From assembly GCF_042660085.1 (NCBI RefSeq), contig NZ_JBHSTI010000051.1, forward strand, positions 3,089-35,088: DNA of 32,000 nt. Reading direction: 5' to 3'. The position numbers and the translations under genes were made by a program. This DNA comes from Longivirga aurantiaca (lineage in GTDB: Bacteria > Actinomycetota > Actinomycetes > S36-B12 > CAIYMF01). Positions 1-7,335 of the stretch are shown piece by piece. The notes beneath the pieces were generated by a model. It was not told where the DNA came from. It ran no database searches and saw only the letters and a list, made by a program, of their open reading frames with translations. Numbering within the stretch: position 1 is the stretch's first letter; each line of letters starts with the position of its first letter.

Positions 1-1505
1 CGGGGCTCGGCGCAGGGGCGGGCCTGGTGACCGCCGTCGTGGCCGGACTGCTCGCGGCGCTCTTCGGCGGTAGCAACCTGCAGGTGAGCGGGCCGACCGG
101 CGCGATGACGGTGGTGCTGCTGCCGATCGTGGCGCAGTTCGGCACCGGCGCGGTGCTCGTGGTCGGCCTGATCGCCGGCGTCTTCCTCATCGCGCTGGCC
201 GCGATCGGCGTGGGGCGCTGGATGCAGTACGTGCCGCTGCCGGTGGTCGAGGGGTTCACCCTCGGCATCGCGGTGATCATCGGCCTGCAGCAGGTGCCGG
301 CCGCTCTCGGCGTGACGGTCGAGGGCGAGAAGGTGCTCGGCCGCGCGGTCGAAGCCATCAGGCTGTGGTTCGCCGACCCGCAGTGGGCGCCGGTGCTCGT
401 GGCCGGGTTCGTCGCGGCGTCGATGCTCCTCGCGATCCGGTTCCGCCCGGGCCTGCCGGTGTCGCTGCCGGCGGTCGTCGTGGCGACGCTGGCCGTGTCG
501 TACTTCGCGCTCAACGCGGAGACGATCGGCACCATCCCCACCGGCTTCCCGGCTCCCGCCCTACCCGACTTCGAGTGGTCGCAGGTGAGCGCGCTCATCG
601 TGCCGGCCCTCGCGGTCGCGGCACTGGCCGCGCTCGAGAGCCTGCTCTCGGCCACGGTCGCCGACGGCATGTCGGTGGGCGAGCGGCACGACTCCGACCG
701 CGAGCTGTTCGGCCAGGGCGTGGCCAACCTCGTCGGGCCGATCTTCGGCGGGGTGCCGGCCACCGCGGCCATCGCGCGGACGGCGGTCAACGTGCGCAGC
801 GGCGCGCGGTCGCGGCTCGCGTCGTCCACCCACGCCGTCGCCCTGCTGGTCGTGATGCTCGTCGCCGCCCCCTGGGTGGGTCACATCCCGCTCGCGGCGC
901 TGGCCGGCGTGCTGATCGCGACCGTCGTCCAGATGGTCGAGGTGTCGAACCTCCGCGCCCTCATGCGCGCCACCCGCGGCGACGCGCTCGTGCTCGTGGC
1001 CACGGCGGTCGCGACGGTCGTGTTCGACCTCGTGACGGCCGTGATCGTGGGGCTCGTGGTCGCCGGTCTCTATGCGCTGCAGCAGGTCTCGCGGTCGGCG
1101 CACATGGACGCTGTTCCCCTCGACACGAGCGACCACAGCGACGCCGAGCGCGCGCTGCTCGACGAGCACGTGGTGGCGTACCGCCTCGACGGCCCGCTCT
1201 TCTTCGGTGCGGCGCACCGGTTCCTGCTCGAGCTGTCGGAGGTGGGCGACGTACGCGTGGTCATCCTGCGCCTCGGCCGCGTGCAGACCCTCGACGCCAC
1301 CGGTGCCACCGTGCTCGGCCAGACCATCCGCGACCTCGAGGGCCGCGGGATCACGGTGCTGCTCTCGGGCATCCGCGACGACCACGACACGGTCTTCTCG
1401 ACCCTCGGGGTGTACGAGCACCTCGCGCACGCGGCGCACGTGTTCCCGACGACGCCCGAGGCCATCGAGCACGCCCGCCGCCACCTGGCCCGCACCCCCC
1501 ACTGA
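1..1505 (+). CDS. SulP-family inorganic anion (sulfate) permease with C-terminal STAS domain; 5' end truncated by the window edge
   Basis: The ORF frame is open from nt 3 to the edge. It shows the SulP motif FGGSNLQVSGPTGAMTVV, many hydrophobic helices, and a C-terminal STAS-like segment (VVAYRLDGPLFFGAAHRF...LDATGATVL). Stop TGA at 1503-1505. Confidence 0.9.
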   Translation, partial: GLGAGAGLVTAVVAGLLAALFGGSNLQVSGPTGAMTVVLLPIVAQFGTGAVLVVGLIAGVFLIALAAIGVGRWMQYVPLPVVEGFTLGIAVIIGLQQVPAALGVTVEGEKVLGRAVEAIRLWFADPQWAPVLVAGFVAASMLLAIRFRPGLPVSLPAVVVATLAVSYFALNAETIGTIPTGFPAPALPDFEWSQVSALIVPALAVAALAALESLLSATVADGMSVGERHDSDRELFGQGVANLVGPIFGGVPATAAIARTAVNVRSGARSRLASSTHAVALLVVMLVAAPWVGHIPLAALAGVLIATVVQMVEVSNLRALMRATRGDALVLVATAVATVVFDLVTAVIVGLVVAGLYALQQVSRSAHMDAVPLDTSDHSDAERALLDEHVVAYRLDGPLFFGAAHRFLLELSEVGDVRVVILRLGRVQTLDATGATVLGQTIRDLEGRGITVLLSGIRDDHDTVFSTLGVYEHLAHAAHVFPTTPEAIEHARRHLARTPH

Positions 1506-1508
1506 CGC

Positions 1509-1568
1509 GAGTTACTGCCCAGAGCGGGGTGATATGGGCACGCATAACCCCACTGTGGGCAGTAGCTC
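1509..1568. terminator. Long imperfect hairpin just after the sulP stop; degenerate copy of the 2763-2823 hairpin
   Basis: Arms are GAGTTACTGCCCAGAGCGGGG (1509-1529) and CCCCACTGTGGGCAGTAGCTC (1548-1568): 21 positions with 2 mismatches and 1 G-U pair. It starts 4 nt after the sulP stop. There is no U-tract. Confidence 0.55.
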
Positions 1569-1578
1569 CCAGCAGGGG

Positions 1579-1628
1579 TCAGGTGCGGAGGTGGGCCATG
1601 CCGCCGTCGACGCTGAGGATCGTGCCGG
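1579..1628 (-). pseudogene. Orphan 3' fragment of an SDR gene (last ~16 codons plus stop)
   Basis: The minus-strand translation is GTILSVDGGMAHLRT*, identical at the DNA level to the 3' end of the intact SDR gene at 2834-2883. No upstream SDR coding sequence is present. Confidence 0.7.
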
Positions 1629-1686
1629 GGGTGCGGGCGGGGGTCGCCTCTCCTGGCTGGGATCCGCGGCCCCCGCCCACGTCGGG

Positions 1687-2337
1687 TCACGCGGGGGCGG
1701 CGACACCCGTGCGTGCGGTACGGCGGCTGCGCACGGCGTACGCCGCGAAGAAGGCCATGGCCGCGATGCCCACGGCTACGACGAGGCCTGCCCACATCAT
1801 CCAGATGGTCATGACAACAGCTGTCGCACCCAGCTCGACCGCTGCCCGCACGGGGTGCGAGCGCAGCCCCATGAGCGCGTGGACGCAGAGGGCGAGCATG
1901 ACGACGCCCACCACGCCGAGGCCGATGCGCCACTGGAAATCGTACGAGCCGACCGCCGCGTTGCGGGAGTCGATCAGCATGCCGATGCCGATCAGCGCGG
2001 TCCAGGCGGTGACGATCGCTGCAACGCCGTACGCGGTGCGGGTCCAGCCGTCGAGCGGTGCGCGTGCGGTCATGACGACCTCCGGTTCCCGTGCGGATCG
2101 GGCGATCCGCCGTTGGTGGGTGCGCCAGGAGAGGTCGGCGGGGACGCCGAGGAGCGCGCGGCGCAGGACGTCGCGCGGGAAGGTGGACCGGGCCTGGCCG
2201 AGCGCGGCCAGCCGGTGGTCGTGCAGGTCGGACGCGAGCTCGTCCCGTCGATCGGCGGCGACGTCGGCGGGCAGGCCCCGGGTGTACAGGGCGCACCACC
2301 GCAGGACGAGGGCCGTGACTCGCCCGCCGGAGGTCAT
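1687..2337 (-). CDS. Membrane protein co-transcribed with PadR: N-terminal cytoplasmic helical domain plus ~4 TM helices; function unknown
   Basis: 216-aa ORF whose ATG shares an ATGA overlap with the padR stop (2334-2337). The N-terminal ~95 aa are soluble and Arg/Asp-rich. They are followed by hydrophobic helices (AAIVTAWTALIGIGMLI, GVVGVVMLALCVHALMGL, ATAVVMTIWMMWAGLVVAVGIAAMAFFAAY). This architecture is typical of PadR-adjacent membrane partners. Confidence 0.7.
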   Translation of the reverse strand: MTSGGRVTALVLRWCALYTRGLPADVAADRRDELASDLHDHRLAALGQARSTFPRDVLRRALLGVPADLSWRTHQRRIARSAREPEVVMTARAPLDGWTRTAYGVAAIVTAWTALIGIGMLIDSRNAAVGSYDFQWRIGLGVVGVVMLALCVHALMGLRSHPVRAAVELGATAVVMTIWMMWAGLVVAVGIAAMAFFAAYAVRSRRTARTGVAAPA

Positions 2338-2684
2338 GTCGTCGCCACCCTCGCTGCGGCGACGGTCGCGACCGGCTGCCGGCTTCGGGCCAGGGCCGTC
2401 TCGCCGGCCCCGGTGACGCGGTACAGCCGGCGTCGCGGCCGGCCCTCACGCTCGGCGATCGACGACTCCTCCCAGCGGGCGGTGAGCAGCCCGCGCTCGG
2501 TCATGCGACCGAGCGCCTTGTAGAGGGTGCCGTGGGCCGTGAGCCGGCGCGACCCATCGGAGTCCGCCAGCGCAGAGGCCAGCACGAACCCGTGGAACTC
2601 GCTGCCGTCACGGGTCAGCGCGAGGCCGGACTCGAGGATCGCCTGCTCGAGCGGCAGCAGCTGGTCGGGGCGTCGTCGGGCCAT
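2334..2684 (-). CDS. PadR-family winged-helix transcriptional regulator
   Basis: Motifs LPLEQAILESGL...HGFVLASAL...GTLYKALGRMTERGLLTARWEE...GRPRRRLYRVTGAG match the PadR wHTH. I chose the internal ATG at 2684 (MARRRPDQ) over the track start at 2756, because that upstream extension runs through the repeat/hairpin. Confidence 0.85.
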   Translation of the reverse strand: MARRRPDQLLPLEQAILESGLALTRDGSEFHGFVLASALADSDGSRRLTAHGTLYKALGRMTERGLLTARWEESSIAEREGRPRRRLYRVTGAGETALARSRQPVATVAAARVATT

Positions 2685-2692
2685 GGACACAG

Positions 2693-2714
2693 AATGAGAA
2701 GATATCTTCCCATT
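2693..2714. promoter_or_regulatory. Candidate PadR operator: AT-rich 22-bp near-perfect palindrome
   Basis: AATGAGAAGATATCTTCCCATT matches its reverse complement at 20 of 22 positions, with a perfect GAAGATATCTTC core. It lies 9-30 nt upstream of the padR ATG and has ATG...CAT outer arms similar to reported PadR-type ATGT-N8-ACAT sites. Confidence 0.55.
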
Positions 2715-2748
2715 GTCAAGAGGCCATCGCCTGACCCATCGCCCCGGG

Positions 2749-2883
2749 ACCCCCACTGACGCGAGTTACTGCCCGAAGTGGGGGGGATGCGGGCCGGCAT
2801 CACCCCACTTCGGGCAGTAACTCGAAGAAGGGGTCAGGTGCGGAGGTGGGCCATGCCGCCGTCGACGCTGAGGATCGTGCCGG
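2749..2883. repeat. Direct repeat copy B (~135 bp), paired with 1494-1628
   Basis: See copy A. Copy B holds the functional 3' end of the SDR gene and a perfect hairpin. It also carries a copy of the sulP terminal codons and stop (CCCCACTGA) with no sulP upstream of it. Confidence 0.85.
2763..2823. terminator. Perfect 21-bp-stem hairpin downstream of the SDR operon (minus strand)
   Basis: GAGTTACTGCCCGAAGTGGGG (2763-2783) pairs perfectly with CCCCACTTCGGGCAGTAACTC (2803-2823). The loop contains an inner GATGC/GCATC stem. It begins 11 nt after the SDR stop. Confidence 0.65.
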
Positions 2884-3574
2884 TGGTGCTGCCCGACAGC
2901 GGCGAGGCGAGGTAGGCGATCGCGTGCGCGACCTCGTCGGCCGTGACCAGGCGGCCCATCGGCTGACGCTGCCGCAGCGCCTCGCCCATCGCGGCGGGGT
3001 CGTCGGCCTGGTCGAGCAGCCGCGCGACCCAGGGGGTGTCGGCCGTGCCGGGAGCGACGGCGTTGACGCGGATGCCCTCTCCCACATGGTCCGCGGCCAT
3101 CGCGAGCGTGAGCCCCGACACCGCGCCCTTGCTCGCGCTGTAGAGCGCGCGGTTCTTCACACCGACCACCGCGACCACCGAGCTCGTGTTGACGATCGCG
3201 GCGCGCTTCGACTCGCGGAGGTACGGCAGCGCCGCGCGGGCCACGCGCGCCATCCCGACGACGTTGACGTCGAGCACGCGGTGCCACTCGTCGTCGTCGT
3301 TCGCGGCGACGTCGCCGCCCGCCCCGATGCCGGCGTTGTTGATCACGACGTCGATGCCGCCGAGCTCGAACGCCGCGGCGTGCACCGCCGCCTCGACCGA
3401 CGCCGGGTCGCTGACGTCGCACGGGATCCGCGAGGCGCGCTCCGGGCCGGCGTCGATCGTGAGGTCGAGCACCGCCACCTTCGCCCCGCGCTCGAGGAGG
3501 AGGGCTGCCGTGGCCGCGCCGATGCCGCTCGCGCCACCGGTGACGATCGCCGCGATGCCGTCGAAGTCGCCCAT
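2834..3574 (-). CDS. Short-chain dehydrogenase/reductase (SDR) family oxidoreductase
   Basis: Has the TGGASGIG cofactor motif, NNAG, and the catalytic YSASKGAV (YxxxK). 246 aa. There is a 1-nt gap to the upstream ADH stop. Confidence 0.9.
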   Translation of the reverse strand: MGDFDGIAAIVTGGASGIGAATAALLLERGAKVAVLDLTIDAGPERASRIPCDVSDPASVEAAVHAAAFELGGIDVVINNAGIGAGGDVAANDDDEWHRVLDVNVVGMARVARAALPYLRESKRAAIVNTSSVVAVVGVKNRALYSASKGAVSGLTLAMAADHVGEGIRVNAVAPGTADTPWVARLLDQADDPAAMGEALRQRQPMGRLVTADEVAHAIAYLASPLSGSTTGTILSVDGGMAHLRT

Positions 3575-3575
3575 G

Positions 3576-4607
3576 TCAGTCTCTCTTCCTCGGGTCCACG
3601 TGGATCTTCGGTCCGGCGCCCGCGCCGTCGGGCCGGTGCCCGGCGAGCACGTCCGCGACGCCGTCGAGCCCCACGGTCGTGGCCACGATCGGCCGGGGGT
3701 CGACCGCTCCCGCGGCGTACGCCTCGATCGTGCCCGCGAGGCCCGGCGACGCCGACAGCACGCCGACGGCGGTCACGTCCTTCAGCGCGATCGTGCGGGT
3801 GTCGACCAGGCTGGGGCTGCCCGCGAGGCCGATGTAGACCACGCGCCGACCGGGCTCGACGAGGTCGAGAGCCTTCGCCGGGAGGTACGCCGCATTGCTC
3901 GCGTCGACCACCGCATCCCAGGGGAGAGAGGGCAGCTCGGCCTCGGTCCACGCGTTGTCGAAGCCGACCGAGCGCGCGAAGTCGAGCGTGCGCGCCGAGT
4001 GCCCCAGCAGGTGCACCTCGGCGCCGGCGGCGCGCGCGAACATCGCCACGAGCAGGCCGATCGTGCCGGGGCCGAGCACGAGGACGCGGTCGCCCGGTGC
4101 CAGGCCGGCGCCCTGCGCGGCGCGCAGCGCGTTCCCTCCCGGCTCCACGAGAGCGCCGGCGACGTCATCGACGGCGTCCGGCAGCGCGTGCAGCGACGTC
4201 ACGGGGACGGCAAGCTGCTCGGCCAGCGCTCCGGCGCGGCCGCTGCGGATGCCGACCTCGCTGCGGTGCTCGCACACGTGCTGGTCGCCGTGCAGGCAGC
4301 GGTGGCACCGCCCGCACCCGAGCATGGTGTCGCCCGTGACGCGTCGTCCGACCCAGCGGTCGTCGACCCCCTCGCCGACCGACGCGACCGTGCCGCACCA
4401 CTCGTGCCCGAGCCGCAGCGGGAAGTGCGCGAACCCGTCGTGGAGGTACTGCATCTCACCGGTGAAGAACTCGACGTCGGTGCCGCAGACGCCGACACGC
4501 GCGACGTCGACGACGACCTCGCCCGGCGCAGCCACCGGTCGGTCGACCTCCTGCACGCCCGCCTCCCCCGGGGCCGTGACGACGAAGGCGCGCATCGTGC
4601 CCGTCAT
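3576..4607 (-). CDS. Zinc-dependent medium-chain alcohol/sugar dehydrogenase
   Basis: MTGTMRAFVV...GVCGTDVEF...LGHEWCGTV, a structural-Zn Cys cluster (GCGRCHRCLHGDQHVC) and an LGPGTIGL Rossmann motif. The ATG at 4607 forms an ATGA overlap with the FAH stop. The track's upstream extension to 4853 overlaps the FAH gene in another frame and was rejected. Confidence 0.85.
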   Translation of the reverse strand: MTGTMRAFVVTAPGEAGVQEVDRPVAAPGEVVVDVARVGVCGTDVEFFTGEMQYLHDGFAHFPLRLGHEWCGTVASVGEGVDDRWVGRRVTGDTMLGCGRCHRCLHGDQHVCEHRSEVGIRSGRAGALAEQLAVPVTSLHALPDAVDDVAGALVEPGGNALRAAQGAGLAPGDRVLVLGPGTIGLLVAMFARAAGAEVHLLGHSARTLDFARSVGFDNAWTEAELPSLPWDAVVDASNAAYLPAKALDLVEPGRRVVYIGLAGSPSLVDTRTIALKDVTAVGVLSASPGLAGTIEAYAAGAVDPRPIVATTVGLDGVADVLAGHRPDGAGAGPKIHVDPRKRD

Positions 4608-5464
4608 CGAGGAGCGAGGACGCTCTGCCGCTGGGTGCCGAGACCGGTGATGCCGAGCTCCATGACGTCGCCGGGCTGGAGCCAGACCGGCGGCTTGAAG
4701 CCGAGGCCGACGCCCGGGGGCGTTCCGGTGTTGATGAGGTCGCCGGGCTCGAGGACGAGGAACTGCGACAGGTAGTGCACGAGGAAGTAGGGGTCGAAGA
4801 TCATCGTGGCCGTCGTGCCGGTCTGACGCCGTACGCCGCTGACGTCGAGCCACATGTCGAGCGCGAGCACGTCGTCGATCTCGTCAGGCGTGACGAGCCA
4901 CGGGCCAGCGGGGTTGAACGTCTCGCAGCTCTTGCCCTTGCTCCACTGGCCGCCGCGCTCCATCTGGAACGCGCGCTCGCTCACGTCGTTCACCACGCAG
5001 TAGCCGGCGATCGCGTCGCGGGCGTCGTCGACGGAGTCGAGGTAGCTCGTGCGGCGTCCGATCACGATGCCCAGCTCGACCTCCCAGTCGGGCTTGGTCG
5101 CTCCGCGCGGGATGAGCACGTCGTCGTACGGTCCGATGAGGGTGTTGGGGGACTTGGTGAACAGGATCGGCTCGTCCGGCACGGCCTGGCCGGTCTCAGC
5201 GGCGTGGTCGCTGTAGTTGAGGCCGATGCAGAGGATCTGGTGCGGCCGCGCGAACGGCGCACCCACGCGCTGGTCGCCGAGCTCGATCACGTGGCCCGCG
5301 GCCGCGCGCGACGCCACGGTGTCGCGCACCCGCTCGATCGCACCGCCACCGAAGAAGGCCTCGTCGAAGTCGTCGACAACGTCGGAGAGGTCGACGTACG
5401 TGCCGTCGGCCACGAGGGCCGCGGGCTTCTCCGAGCCGGGAGCGCCGATGCGCATGAGCTTCAT
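4604..5464 (-). CDS. Fumarylacetoacetate hydrolase (FAH) family protein (2-keto-acid hydrolase/hydratase type)
   Basis: 286 aa. ILCIGLNYSDHAAE, VDWEVELGIVIG, YCVVNDVSERAFQ and FNPAGPWLVT are typical FAH-fold C-terminal domain motifs. Confidence 0.9.
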   Translation of the reverse strand: MKLMRIGAPGSEKPAALVADGTYVDLSDVVDDFDEAFFGGGAIERVRDTVASRAAAGHVIELGDQRVGAPFARPHQILCIGLNYSDHAAETGQAVPDEPILFTKSPNTLIGPYDDVLIPRGATKPDWEVELGIVIGRRTSYLDSVDDARDAIAGYCVVNDVSERAFQMERGGQWSKGKSCETFNPAGPWLVTPDEIDDVLALDMWLDVSGVRRQTGTTATMIFDPYFLVHYLSQFLVLEPGDLINTGTPPGVGLGFKPPVWLQPGDVMELGITGLGTQRQSVLAPR

Positions 5465-5494
5465 GGGATCTCGTCCTGTCGGTGAGTGGTGCGG

Positions 5495-6403
5495 TCAGGT
5501 CGTGCCGCGCCACGGACGGGCCGGCAGGCCCGGCACGTCCACGCGCGTGGTGAACAGCCTGCCCGACCGCGGATGGTCGGCGACATCCTGGGCGGTCATA
5601 TTCTCGCGCGCGGTCGTGATCACAAGCGTCCGCCGGTCCTCGCCCGCGAACGCCACGTTGGTGGCCTGCGGCGCTCCGGGCGTGCGGACGACGTCGACGA
5701 GCGTGCCCTCGGGGCTGAACCGGCGCACCTCGCCCTGGCCGAAGACGGCCACCCAGAGGTGGCCGTCGGCATCGAGCGCGATGCCGTCGGGGAAGCCGTC
5801 GTCGACCCGCACGAAGTCCGAGCGCCCACCTGCGGTGCCCGTGACGGCGTCGTACGGCCGCACCCGGACCACATGGCTGAAGGTGTCGACGCTGAAGAGG
5901 GTGCCGCCGTCCGCGGAGAACGCCAGGCCGTTGGACAGCCCGAGGTCGTCGTCGAGCACCGTGACCGTGCCGTCGTGGTCGACCAGCCACAGCCGCTCGG
6001 CGAACGTCCGCTCGCCCGTGGGTGCGGAGCCGACGAGGTAGCGGCCGAGCGGGTCGGTGACGCCGTCGTTCAGTCGGCGCGGCTCGTCGGCGCAGAGGAC
6101 GGCTACGAGGTGCTCGCCCCCGTCGACGTCGACGAACACCAGCCGGTCGTGCGCCGCGAGCAGAGTGCCGGGCTCATGGTCGAGGAAGGCGGGGGCCGCG
6201 ACGGCACCGAGCGTGGCCGGCGCGTAGGCCAGGGAGAACGACGCCTGCTCGTGAACACCGCCGCCGTCGTCGAGCGAGCCCACGTGCACCCGGCCGCCGA
6301 GGATGTCGACCCAGCGCAGGATCGCCCGTTCCGGGTCCCACACCGGGCCTTCGCCGAGCTCGTACGACGCCGTGGTCGCGACGTCGGCGTCCCACGTGGT
6401 CAC
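5495..6403 (-). CDS. SMP-30/gluconolactonase/LRE-family lactonase
   Basis: 302 aa with a GTG start. Shows YELGEGPVWDP, LNDGVTDPLGRY, SNGLAFSADG and PDGIALDADGHLWVA beta-propeller motifs. Confidence 0.85.
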   Translation of the reverse strand: MTTWDADVATTASYELGEGPVWDPERAILRWVDILGGRVHVGSLDDGGGVHEQASFSLAYAPATLGAVAAPAFLDHEPGTLLAAHDRLVFVDVDGGEHLVAVLCADEPRRLNDGVTDPLGRYLVGSAPTGERTFAERLWLVDHDGTVTVLDDDLGLSNGLAFSADGGTLFSVDTFSHVVRVRPYDAVTGTAGGRSDFVRVDDGFPDGIALDADGHLWVAVFGQGEVRRFSPEGTLVDVVRTPGAPQATNVAFAGEDRRTLVITTARENMTAQDVADHPRSGRLFTTRVDVPGLPARPWRGTT

Positions 6404-6467
6404 GCCGACGAGCCTAGACGGGCGGCGCGCTCGGCGAGGGTTGAGCCTCGCACCAGCCCCACCCCGT

Positions 6468-6522
6468 CAGCCTGATCAATCCGTTGCTTCCCGGGTGCAG
6501 AAGCAACGGATTGATGAGGCTG
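6468..6522. repeat. Long inverted repeat/hairpin in a divergent intergenic region
   Basis: ATCAATCCGTTGCTTC (6475-6490) and GAAGCAACGGATTGAT (6500-6515) are perfectly complementary over 16 bp with a 9-nt spacer. Six more complementary bp continue beyond one mismatch (6468-6473 with 6517-6522). Confidence 0.6.
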
Positions 6523-6591
6523 AGCTGGGGGGTGAACCGCCGGGGAGAGTGTGCAGGGTTGAGCGGCGGCCAGCGGGGGAAGACAGGACGA

Positions 6592-7335
6592 ATGACGACG
6601 TCGGACCCGCGGGTCGTGCAGAGCGGTGCCCGCGCCGCGTGGCTGCTCGGCTCCGGGTTGACCGCCGGCTGGTTGGCGCTGCTGGCGTGGGTGCGCGCCA
6701 CCGCCCCGGACGTCCCCGCCCTCGACAGCGGGCTGCACGACTGGGCCGTTCAGGTCCGCACGCCCGAGAGCATCGACCTCGCCAACGCCGTGAGCGTGCT
6801 GGGTCAGGTGGACGTGGCCGTGCCGCTCGCGGTCGTCGGCGTCGTCCTGGTCGAGTCGGTCACGCGCCGCTGGGGCCGCGCCCGTGCTGCCGTGGGCATG
6901 GCGGTGCTCGCGGGTGGAGGCGCGGTGGTCGGTCTCGCCATGAACCACGTGGTCGGCCGCGAGCGTCCGGTGCCCGACTCCTGGGCGGGCGCCGCCGGCG
7001 GCCCGTCCTTCCCCTCCGGCCACACCACGGCTGCGACCGTCGCCGCGCTGCTGCTCGCGTGGGCGGTCACCCGCGTCGTCACCCGCCGCTGGGCGCAGGT
7101 CGCCGTATGGCTCGTTGCCGCCGTCTGGGCCGTCGGCGTCGGCTGGTCTCGAGTCTGGCTCGGCGTCCACTGGCCGACCGACGTGCTCGCCGCGTGGCTG
7201 TTCGTCCCCTCGCTGCTCGTGCTCGGCCGGGCAGCGCAGCTCACCTGGTGGCCGGGCGACGCGCCCCCCACAGCGGTCCTCGACCCGTCCGACACCCCCG
7301 GCTCCGAGCCGGTCTACCGAGAGGTTCCCCGATGA
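6592..7335 (+). CDS. PAP2-superfamily (type 2 phosphatidic acid phosphatase-like) membrane phosphatase
   Basis: PAP2 motifs PSFPSGHTTAA and SRVWLGVHWPTDVLAA, with multiple TM helices. I chose the ATG at 6592 (MTTSDPR, with a purine-rich GGGGGAAGACAGGACGA stretch upstream) over the track start at 6484. Confidence 0.85.
   Translation: MTTSDPRVVQSGARAAWLLGSGLTAGWLALLAWVRATAPDVPALDSGLHDWAVQVRTPESIDLANAVSVLGQVDVAVPLAVVGVVLVESVTRRWGRARAAVGMAVLAGGGAVVGLAMNHVVGRERPVPDSWAGAAGGPSFPSGHTTAATVAALLLAWAVTRVVTRRWAQVAVWLVAAVWAVGVGWSRVWLGVHWPTDVLAAWLFVPSLLVLGRAAQLTWWPGDAPPTAVLDPSDTPGSEPVYREVPR

Larger units (their letters stand above)
1494..1628. repeat. Direct repeat copy A (~135 bp), paired with 2749-2883
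   Basis: The left ~24 nt (CCCCACTGACGCGAGTTACTGCCC) and right ~55 nt (GGGGTCAGGTGCGGAGGTGGGCCATGCCGCCGTCGACGCTGAGGATCGTGCCGG) are identical to copy B. The central hairpin has diverged. Confidence 0.85.

Noticed and set aside
365-2416. 683-aa plus-strand ORF, with similar long Arg/Pro/Gly/Ala-rich ORFs at 561-1502(-), 1070-2449(-) and 1072-2523(+)
   Set aside because: The composition is typical of off-frame translation of high-GC DNA. These ORFs overlap the well-supported SulP gene and the padR cassette, and show no recognisable motifs.
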